Virus record (IMG/VR): IMGVR_UViG_3300044210_000067
Coordinates: 1 to 43,350 of that record
Direction: 5' to 3' (one strand)
Source of the DNA: a virus
Taxonomy: Duplodnaviria > Caudoviricetes
DNA length: 43,350 nt
In this document: positions 17,010 through 26,900 of the stretch, piece after piece
Layout of the letters: every line of letters starts with the position of its first letter
Numbering within the stretch: the first letter of the stretch is position 1
Made by a program: the position numbers and the translations under genes
The notes under the pieces: generated by a model
Database searches by the model: none
What the model saw: the letters and a program-made list of their open reading frames with translations, nothing else
What the model was told of the DNA's origin: nothing

Positions 17010-20000
17010 ATGTCCGGGAAGGAGCCGGTTTACAAGAGTCAGCTTACTGGAACTGTTGATTCGTTCTTAGCGGGAAAGCGTCGCAAGCAAACCAAAGAGG
17101 CCGGCAAAGGCGATGGTGATGTTGATTTTCTCAACATTCTTGACTTCATCGACCGTTTCAAGCTGTTGCCGAATGGTTTGCATCCGGTGCAGAGGTTCAT
17201 AGTTAAGTTATACTATGGGATACCGTTAGATAGTACTGACCCTATTATTTCGGTCACAGACCGTTTTGGTAGCGAAGTACTGCATCTGTTTACTGAGGTT
17301 GAATACCTCAGGTATCTATATGATCATGGGCGATGCAACATTCGTGAGCAAGATGATAAGGTTCGGCATGAACTTATTCTAGTGCTTGGACGCAGAAGCG
17401 GTAAGAGTACTTTGGCAGCTGTTTTCTCTGCATATGAGATTTACAAGTTGCTCTGCCGAGGATACCCTCAAGCATATTACGGCATGCCGGCAGGATCCGA
17501 GATTCGCTTGCTTTGCGTGGCGAATGATAAAGAGCAAGCGGAAATTGTTTATGGGGATGTGCAAGCATACGCTGAGGCTATTGACTACTTCAAGAGCTCC
17601 ATCGCACATAGTACACGTCAGTACATGCGGTTCCGTACTGAGAGTGATCGTAAAAAGTTTGGAGCCACTGCTAAAGGAACTGTTGTCACATCTTTTCGTA
17701 GTTCCATCGCAAAAGGTATTCGCGGCCGTGGTGTTATTTGTGCAGTTTTGGATGAAATCGCTTTCTTCGTAGATAACGGCAAATGCCAAAATATCTCCGG
17801 AAAGGTACTTACTTCGCGTGGTTTGATCTCCCTTGATACTATTCTTACTATGGCAAGGGCAGATAGATCTCGCCATGGGTGGACCAACATTGATCCAATA
17901 GAAATTATCCAAGCTGGTGGACGTAGAGCCTACACTACTAGAGTTTATTATGGCGGGCTTCAGAAGACGCGATTGATAGTCACAGCTAGCCGTTATCGTA
18001 TTGAGCCTACTCCGGATCATCGGGTGAAGGTGATGTCAGATGACGGAGATATTGTTTGGAAATACGCTCGAGATATAAAGCCAGGTGACTATATTGGAAT
18101 TGCTCGTGGCACTTGCTTTTGGCCAGAGCTTCGATATGACTGTAGGGACCTTATTCCATTACATGGTCGATTCCAATGTCATATCCCAGCAGTTGTTGAT
18201 GAAAGACTGGGGGAGTTTCTTGGTATTCTGGTTGGGGATGGGACATGGACCTCCGGCAATTGCAAGAGTCACATACAAGTAACGGGTGGGTGTGAACAAT
18301 TCCTGCCATTTGTCCAGTCGCATTTTGCTCGGTATTTTAATCGATTCGGAACATCCCGAAAGTCTAAACACGTACGGAATACCTGCGAGGTTTCTCCATG
18401 GTGTGTTACCAAGACATCTGGTTCATTTCGGATGTTCTTGGATAAGCTTGGGTACCGCCTGGATGTAACGAAAACTACCAAGTCGGTTCCTTGGGTAATC
18501 TTTGCTAGTCCAAAGTCTGTAGTTGCTGCATTTTTGCGCGGTTTGTTCGAAACAGACGGAGGAGTAGAGCACGGCGGAACCACTGTTTCCTTTGCAACCG
18601 CTAGTCAGAGCTTGGCTGAAGAGGTTCAGGCTCTACTATTGAATTTTGGGATTACAGCAAGTATACATGAGAAATATAATAGAAAATATGCCAGAAATTA
18701 TTTTTATCTATGTTTGACTGGGGCTGAATCTCGTCGTATCTTCTGGCAAGAAATCGGTTTTATTACGCGTCGAAAGAATTTAGCCCTATCTCGGGGTCTT
18801 TCTCGAGGGAGAGACGCATCTAATATTGTGCCAACACAAGTTAATAGGGTTCGGCGCATTATTACGTCAATTCCTCGATCACGTAAGAATGAAAAAGGAG
18901 ACAACTTACGATCTTGCGCTTCACGGATAATGTCAAGCTCATTGCGATTGCGGGCGCCTGGTTATCCATCGTATAGCTCATTGCGTCGATTCGTGACCCT
19001 GATGCAAACAAATGGAATTCATGGGTCTGATGTTGATGCGTTGAATGAAATCTGTAGGCTTGATTATTATTGGGATTTGGTAGTCTCGGTTGATAAAACT
19101 GAATGTGAGACTGCTGATCTGTGGGTACCAGATGGGAATGAATATGTAGCCCAGGGGATGGTAAATCATAATTCGTCTGCCGAGAAGATCTACCGCGCCA
19201 TGAACCCTTCTTTGGCGCAGTTCTCGCCCAAAGATCCAAATAATCGTCGCATACCGACAGGACCATCAGATGGCCGAATGATACTGATCTCATCTCCAGA
19301 TGCACGGGATGGTTTTTTCTACCGTCAATATCAGATGGCTATGTCCAAAGATCGTGGATCAATGGACATGTTGGTGATTCAAGCGCCAACCTGGGAGGTG
19401 AATCCGACGTTGGATCAGAGTTACTATGAGAAGGAATACTACAAGGATCCCCGTGTATTTATGACTGAACACGGGTCGGAATTTTCTGATCGTGTGAGTG
19501 GTTGGATTGAGGACGCTAAGGATCTAATGGATTGTATTGATTCAGAGGCACGTCCGAAGGAACGTGGTAACACAAGGGAGGTACATTTTGCTGGTTTAGA
19601 CTTTGGAATTTCGAATGATGGGACTGCCATAGCTATCACGCGGATTAATGAAGCAAAGATCGATCTTGCATATCATGAAATTTGGTATCCGAAAAGGTCG
19701 TGGCGAGAAGTAAATCCACATTTATCGTCTTCAGTTTCGGATTATGTGTCGCAGCTCGAGCATGTAACGAGGCTAGATATCGACGAAATCGCCAATTGGC
19801 TTCTGGCACTCTCGAAGAGGTTTTATATTCATAAGGGTATATTTGATCAATGGGCCGGTCCATTGTTTGAACAGGTGTTACATAAACGTGGATTGCGACA
19901 GTTTGAAATGCGTAATTTTCACGTGGTAGACACTTCAAATATGTGGCAAACATTTAAGATGTTCATGCTCCATCGTCAGTTCCGCATGTATGACTGGCCA

Positions 20001-20333
20001 CTCCCAACGGGATCTGAGGCTGGAATGCGGCATTCTCCTCTAGTGGATGAACTGCTCGAACTGCAGGCAACAAGTGCCGGCAAGAACTTAATCACGGTTG
20101 AAGCTCCGAAGATTGCTGGGAAGCATGATGATCAATCTGATGCTCTAGCTCGGTCGGTCATGCTGGCGTCTGAATATATTCGACAGAATCCGGGGGTTCT
20201 CACGGTTGGGGGTCGTTTGCATGAGTTGCCCCGTTTTGATAATAAACTCGGTTATCGGCATTATCATCGGGTGAGGACAAGGATGCACGGGGTAATCAAA
20301 GAGCGCATGGTGCCACGGATTGCCCGATTCTGA
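17010..20333 (+). CDS. Terminase large subunit with one intein
   Basis: Walker A LGRRSGKS, VANDKEQA, Walker B CAVLDEIAFF, coupling motif ILISSP, nuclease FAGLDFG and HDDQSDA. Confidence 0.93.
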   Translation: MSGKEPVYKSQLTGTVDSFLAGKRRKQTKEAGKGDGDVDFLNILDFIDRFKLLPNGLHPVQRFIVKLYYGIPLDSTDPIISVTDRFGSEVLHLFTEVEYLRYLYDHGRCNIREQDDKVRHELILVLGRRSGKSTLAAVFSAYEIYKLLCRGYPQAYYGMPAGSEIRLLCVANDKEQAEIVYGDVQAYAEAIDYFKSSIAHSTRQYMRFRTESDRKKFGATAKGTVVTSFRSSIAKGIRGRGVICAVLDEIAFFVDNGKCQNISGKVLTSRGLISLDTILTMARADRSRHGWTNIDPIEIIQAGGRRAYTTRVYYGGLQKTRLIVTASRYRIEPTPDHRVKVMSDDGDIVWKYARDIKPGDYIGIARGTCFWPELRYDCRDLIPLHGRFQCHIPAVVDERLGEFLGILVGDGTWTSGNCKSHIQVTGGCEQFLPFVQSHFARYFNRFGTSRKSKHVRNTCEVSPWCVTKTSGSFRMFLDKLGYRLDVTKTTKSVPWVIFASPKSVVAAFLRGLFETDGGVEHGGTTVSFATASQSLAEEVQALLLNFGITASIHEKYNRKYARNYFYLCLTGAESRRIFWQEIGFITRRKNLALSRGLSRGRDASNIVPTQVNRVRRIITSIPRSRKNEKGDNLRSCASRIMSSSLRLRAPGYPSYSSLRRFVTLMQTNGIHGSDVDALNEICRLDYYWDLVVSVDKTECETADLWVPDGNEYVAQGMVNHNSSAEKIYRAMNPSLAQFSPKDPNNRRIPTGPSDGRMILISSPDARDGFFYRQYQMAMSKDRGSMDMLVIQAPTWEVNPTLDQSYYEKEYYKDPRVFMTEHGSEFSDRVSGWIEDAKDLMDCIDSEARPKERGNTREVHFAGLDFGISNDGTAIAITRINEAKIDLAYHEIWYPKRSWREVNPHLSSSVSDYVSQLEHVTRLDIDEIANWLLALSKRFYIHKGIFDQWAGPLFEQVLHKRGLRQFEMRNFHVVDTSNMWQTFKMFMLHRQFRMYDWPLPTGSEAGMRHSPLVDELLELQATSAGKNLITVEAPKIAGKHDDQSDALARSVMLASEYIRQNPGVLTVGGRLHELPRFDNKLGYRHYHRVRTRMHGVIKERMVPRIARF
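17784..19172 (+). mobile_element. Intein with LAGLIDADG homing endonuclease in the terminase (463 aa)
   Basis: Starts CQNISG, block B PTPDHRV, LGILVGDG and LRGLFETDG, ends MVNHN before Ser(+1). Confidence 0.92.
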
Positions 20334-20604
20334 GCTTTCTTTGGAACATACCGGTGTGACTGATAGCGGTATCAGAGATACAACAGCATATAAAATTACG
20401 CGTTTGATTATGGATCATGTCTATGGTGAAGATGAGCCATTGTCTGATGCGGAATTTGTTGCGTTATACCGAATATATTTAGATCGCGGGGGGACCTGGC
20501 GCGGTATTCAGAATGGTGATATGAGCAGTGTGAAAGTAATTGAGGATTTACTGGATGGATTTGTGAATTATCGTAGGGCCCGGGATTGTGTGAACAGTCG
20601 GTAG
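20320..20604 (+). CDS. Hypothetical protein
   Basis: 94-aa ORF between terminase and portal; start uncertain. Confidence 0.6.
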   Translation: MPDSELSLEHTGVTDSGIRDTTAYKITRLIMDHVYGEDEPLSDAEFVALYRIYLDRGGTWRGIQNGDMSSVKVIEDLLDGFVNYRRARDCVNSR

Positions 20605-20612
20605 GGTTGTCC

Positions 20613-20960
20613 ATGTCGCTCAATCATGAGTGCTCTTTGTCGCCGGAAGAAATCCGCAACAGAGAGACAGACCTGCAACAAGTGATTATTCTCAGCGAGA
20701 AAGCTATCGAGAAAACGCGCGCAGGTGCAGCTGCCTTGGGTGAAGCAGCATCTATGCTGATGGATGCATTGCGTAAATGTGATTCATCACTGTCGAATCA
20801 CTATGCACAAATATCTAGACAACTTCGACTGCGTGAAATTTTGAACGATATTATGGTTGCAAGAACTAAAATGGATGCAGTAGTTCGTACCATAACAACT
20901 CGGGTCAAAAATCCGGATGCTATCCGGGCTTCGGTTTTGAATCCGGAGTTATTCAAATGA
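20613..20960 (+). CDS. Hypothetical coiled-coil protein
   Basis: In frame with the listed 20586 ORF; ATG 20613 chosen to avoid the overlap. Confidence 0.6.
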   Translation: MSLNHECSLSPEEIRNRETDLQQVIILSEKAIEKTRAGAAALGEAASMLMDALRKCDSSLSNHYAQISRQLRLREILNDIMVARTKMDAVVRTITTRVKNPDAIRASVLNPELFK

Positions 20961-20987
20961 TACACCTTTTGCGAAAGTGGATCCAAG

Positions 20988-23900
20988 ATGCCTAGCAACA
21001 AAAAGGTTGGAGTGCGTCCGGATCCCCGTGTAAATATGCCGGTGGTGAAGGTCGATGATCAGGTACATGCTCGCCCTAAACTGACTAAGCTTGAGAAACT
21101 GGCTCGTAAAGAGGCATCCCAGTCCATACGTATTGCGGCTATCAGCGGGGACTTCGGAAACGCAGGAGATCTATCTATCAGGACTGCAGATGCTAATTTT
21201 TACAGTCCTCAGTTATCAACAGATTTCTTGGAGTTGCCGCAATCCGAACGTGAAAAGCGTGAGCTTTTTCGGTTTTGGTATAACTGTTTTCCACCAAGTG
21301 CACCGGTAACTATAGCAAATGGAACTACTATCCCGATTGAGGAGGTCCGGGTAGGGGATCGTGTTCCGAATGGAATGGGTGAGCCTACACAGGTGACTCG
21401 GCTGTTTCGGAATCACATTGATGATGTGATAATTCAAATGCGAGTACGAGGGGTGCAGAGTGATGTCCAAGCTACTGGAAACCATCCGTTTTATGTGTTA
21501 CGGGCCAGCGCAGTGGACTGCCAACATTCACAGGCAACAGGGGCTTGTAAGAATGGAAATAATGATATTTGCCGTCGATTGAAATGTGACGGGACAGACT
21601 TTGGAACTCCAGAGTTTATATATGCTAAGGACCTGAAGGTGGGGGATTATATTATATCCCCGTGTCTAGCTGATATAAGGGATTGTGGACTAAAACGTGA
21701 AGAAATTCGACTGCTTGGATATTACGCTGCAGAAGGATCAATAGCATATAGGGCTGCAGGTGTGGTTCGGGGAGTTGAGTTTTCTCTATCTTTAGATGAA
21801 GCTACAACCATAGCTGTAGAAATATCTGAGCTCTTTGAGCGGCTGTTCGGGAAGAAGGCCCGTATTTATTTGGACAATAATCGGCACACTACTAAGGTGG
21901 TTTGTGACGGTATTGAATTTGCTAGGTTCTGTGAGGAGTGGGTCGGCCGCGGTTCACACAAGAAACAGCTTCGTGAGGATCTGGTTAAGTCACATCCTGA
22001 GCAAGTCTTGGAATTTCTTGGAGCCTACTGGAATGGAGACGGCTGCTTCACTGATAATTCGTATACGGCCGACACGATGAGCAGAAATCTTGCTGCTCAG
22101 GTTTTCCGGATGCTGCGGGGTCTTGGTATACCGGCTTATCATTCACAATATGATAGACCATTGCGGATTATTAATGAGAGAAAGTATCCACCCGGGATAG
22201 TTCATTATATTTCTTTTCCAGGCCGATACTATGATACATTTTCCAAGTATGCCAATTGGGTTAATGGAGAATACTCAGCTTCTTCAACTCGTGTTTATAT
22301 TATTCAATCAAAGTATGGGTTTCTGCATCGTATTGAATCGATAGAGGCTGTGCCATACCAAGGATATGTGTATAACATTGAAGTTGACGGGGAGGGAGAC
22401 CGTAAGAGCTACATAGCTTATAACCTGGCTACACATAATACACATCCAATTGTTGGCGCTGCGATTGACTTCCACTGCTTCCCACCCGGAGCCCCGGTGA
22501 TGATGAGGGATGGGACGGCAAGTCCAATAGAGCTGCTGCAGATTGGAGACGAAGTTATAAACGGGATGGGTGAATCAACAAAAGTCCGACAGACATTCAA
22601 GCATCATGTGCAAGGTCCTGTAACTCGCTTGAAAGTCCGTGGCATACAAGAAGATATTGTTTGTACTGAGAATCACCCATTTCTTGTATACCGTGCGAAG
22701 CAGATTGACTGCAAGTTTTCGGCGAATGGTATGGGGGCTTGCAAGGTTGGTACGAAGTTCCTCTGCAGGCAAAAGCAATGTGCTGGAAATGTTTTTGGGC
22801 GGCCACAATTTGTGTTTGCACAGGATTTGGAAGAAGGAGACTACATCTGTTCACCTGCTATGGTGACTGTTAGATCCACTTTCAGCAGAGCCCAGTTGCG
22901 CTTGCTTGGATATTATGCTGCTGAGGGGTCACTGTGTCGGACCAAATACGGGAAGTTTGATAGGGTAGTATTTACTCTTGGTGCTAGTGAATTTAATACT
23001 ATTGCCAATGAGGTGATGGAAGCCTTTCATTCTGAATATGACCATCTTGCACACAAACGTATGCGGATGGATTCCAATGCATGCGATGTTAAATGTTACA
23101 AGAAGGACTTTGCCGAGTTCTGCGAGAGGCACGTTGGTAGTGGATCCCATAACAAGAGGCTGAGTCTTGACCTGATGGATTCCCCTCGAGAGGATATACT
23201 GGAATTTTTGGGTGCGTATTGGAATGGTGACGGTAGTCTTACTAAGAACGGGTTTGTCGCCACAACTGTTTCGGTACAACTAGCCCATCAAATTTATGCT
23301 CTAGCTTTGAAGGTTGGGTACACCCCGACGCTACATACAATTAAGCCTAAAAGTCGGGCCTCAGGTTTCAGATCCAGAGGAAATACATATCGAATTATTA
23401 TTCCGTACCGCGTCCATTCAGAGTTCTTAATGTATGCCAATTTTGTACAAAATGGATATGATGCTAAGACAACGCGTGAATATCATATTCAAGTTGGTTC
23501 CTATGCACTAAGGCGGATTGAAAAGATTGATACCATTCAGTATGATGGTTTGGTATATAACATTGAAGTTGATGGGGAGGGGGACCGTAAGAGTTATGTT
23601 GCTTACGGATTAGCGACTCATAATACTGATGTGCCAATGTCGAAGATCCGATTATCTTTACCTAAGGGTAAAGATGTTAAGCGGAACAGACAGATATTAC
23701 ACTTCTACACACAAATGTGTAATAGGATTCGACTTTTTCAGGCGTTATATGACGCTACACATGAGTATTGGCTTCATGGCAATTGTATACCTGAAAAGTC
23801 CAGAGTTCGTATGCCAGGAGGATATAAAAACGCCGGTATGATTGAGGTTGGTGATTTGGTTCTGACCCATCATGGTAGATGGAGACCTGTCACGACCGTG

Positions 23901-26900
23901 TTCACCCGGGAAGTTAATGAACTTCTTTCTTTCTCCTTTTGGAAGACATATCGCCAATTACAGACAACCGATGATCATCCTGTGGAGGTCCTGTGTGGGA
24001 ATGAATTTAAGTTCCTACCAGCGAAGGATATAACTTCTGGTGATTATGTTCGTATAACATGGCCTAGTGAAAATCACGACGTCGACATTGTTGATTTTCG
24101 GTCTGATGTGGTGAAGGATACAGGTAATGGATACACAGTGATGCGATCGTATTCGCACACTCGAAATCCAGACGCCGCTCGGGCAAGGGCAGGCATGTTG
24201 GCTTGGCTATCAACTATCACAAAGCCAACAGTCAGAACGCGCGGTGACCTGGCACGTGAATTTCATGTATCAGAGTCAACACTGAATAATGTAATTACTA
24301 AGTTGCGCTCTGAACTACCGGTATTTCATCGACGAGTCGGTAGGCATGAAGGATCAAGGGTAGAATGGCTCCCGATAGGCCCTATGGAGGACGATCCTAG
24401 TCGTTATGAATGGACCCAGCCCTATACATACGAATCACCTTTATCGTTGCCGGTGTGTGATAATTTCTTGTATGTCGTTGGGTACTGGCTCGGTGATGGA
24501 ACGCTAGGTAGAGACTCCAACCGAGATACCTGGGGGCGTGGTTTATGGCAAATTGTCTTTTCATCTAAGTCTGGTGGATCCCGGGAGCGGATATATAATT
24601 ATCTGTTGACAGCATTCGGCTCCAAATGTGTTCGATCGTGGAACTCCAACGGGATGGATCATGTTAGAATTATATCCAGTCCTGCCTTCATTGAATGGTG
24701 GTCCAGCACGTTCGGTGATTCTTCTTTTGGCAAAAATCCAAAGAAGGTTCCAGAGTGGATATTGAACTTGCCGCCGGATCGGCTGCGCCACGTCGTGGCC
24801 GGCCTAATTGACTCTGACGGATGTGTAGGGCAGACACGCAGGGGTCATGTCACTTTTGCCGTGTGCTCACAGGCTTTGGCTGACTTTTTGCGCGACGCAG
24901 CCATGAAACTGGGTGCCGTGGTGAACGAAAACACACGTTCCACTCGAAAAGTACGCCTTCCAAACGGGAAGCCTGCTAAAAGCAGGCCCCAATATATCAT
25001 ACAAGCGCTGGATAGAGAATCATGTGAAAGAATGACCTCTGTCGGCCTTAAACGACCTCTTCCTGATCAAACGTATTCACGTCCGACACATTTTATTCGT
25101 ATTGATGATTCCGTTGCACTTCAAGTGCGCGATCGGGTAAGGATCCCTGGATGCCGTGTAGTCAACTTTGAGGTGGATGAAGATCACACTTATCAGGTGG
25201 ATGGATTTAGCACACACAATTGTTTCCTATTTGCCGAAGATCACGACATGACTGATGACATTCCTAGTGAATTGTTATCTGATGAAGTTGAAGAAGAGGT
25301 AAACGAGACTGATTATGCTGGTCGTGTCCAGACCAGAAAAGAGAGTAAGAAGCAGCAAAAACCGGATAGCGAACGTGCCAAGAACATCCGGGAGTATGTA
25401 GCACAAAATTATCGCGGGTGGGAGCGATTGCAGATTTTACCGCCTGAACAAGTTAAGCTCGAAGTTTTTCAGTATACGAATCGGGTTCGGATGGAGCTTA
25501 TTCCATCCGAAAAGGACCGACAGGTTGTAATGAAGGCGGTGGAACAGGGTGATCCTGAAGCAGCACGCATTGCCGATGATATTCCAGAGCAGATCCGACG
25601 GGACCTGCTTGACGGTCAGCCGATTCCGTTGAACACATCACCATTTGATGATTTCTTGTGTTCGTCATTCTGTTATCATCTATCACACAAGAAATCAGCT
25701 TATGACGACCGAGGAATTTCATTACTTGAACGGTGTCACCTCCCTGGGACCGAGGTTACGGCATTGAGGGATGGGCAAGTACTTCAGGTTCCGATCGAGG
25801 AGCTTGATCCAGAGACTGACAAAGTACTGGGAGGCTCAGGGAAGTGGAGAGGGTTCCAGTGGGGAACCAGGCCATATAATGGATCAGTAGTTGAAATCGA
25901 GTTCGAAAAACTATCAAAATCGATTGTTTCTACTCCAGATCACAAAATACACATTCTCCGCGACGGAATTGAATTGGAGACGACAGCGGACAAAGTCATG
26001 GTCAAGGACTATATCAGGGCAGCTGTCGTGAAGGCTCCCCACATCATCGATAAGGTCAGTCTCCACGATTTCTTTTTGAAAGAGAAATGGACCTATAAGC
26101 ACAGAGACACGAAAGAACAGCGCCTAGTGTCTATTACTCCGGAGAGGATTAGGGACGGGCTAATTCTCCACCACTCATGGATTGACGAGAACCCGCAGAG
26201 GGCCGGCCGTGCTAGTCTTTTGAAACGGGTGTCCGAATGGATATCTGGATTAAAGGAAGAGACTGTTTTATTGTCGGAAGACTTTCGCAGTATATTCGGC
26301 GGGATGGGGGACTCTGTTTACAGGGCTCTCATGGCGGATCTCGCGGTGGCCGGCTACGAGGCGCCGATCGTGACCGTGACCGGGTCGAGATTCAAGAGTA
26401 AAGGGCGGCTTTTCAGACCAGCGGTTGTTGACGCTTCTAGTCTTTATGAAAAGACCTCGACCCAAGAATGTCCATCTGAGCTGAAATTGACCAGGGAGCT
26501 CGGGTACTTGATTGGATACTTCCTGGGAGACGGATGTATTTCGAGCAGAAAATCTGCCATTACATATGGATTACTTGATATATGTTATGATGCAGAAACA
26601 CCTAATAGTTCTAAATCAATTGATCTGATCAAGGAATACTGTTCACAGTTTAAAGTTCGCTCTGTTCATCGAACTAACAGAGTAGACAGTATACAATTTC
26701 ATGATGACTGGTTCAATCGTTGGCTTGGAAGAAATTTCGGACACAATAAGCAGGACAAACATCTTCCGGAGTGGATTGATTCCACTCCTGAGGAATTTAG
26801 GTTTGGGCTTTTGAATGGACTGTTCGATTCGGACGGATGGGTCAGTTTATATAAAAATCAACCTGGATACGTTGACGCTACGATTTGCATGACAACCAAA

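Noticed and set aside
17379-18020. 213-aa minus-strand ORF and other long antisense ORFs within terminase, exonuclease and portal
   Set aside because: They fully overlap well-supported + strand genes and show no motifs or translation signals.
25221-25733. Segment beginning CFLFAED as a possible fifth (mini) intein in the portal
   Set aside because: The Cys is the +1 nucleophile of intein 3. The segment has no TxxH block and ends LLER rather than HN, so it is extein.
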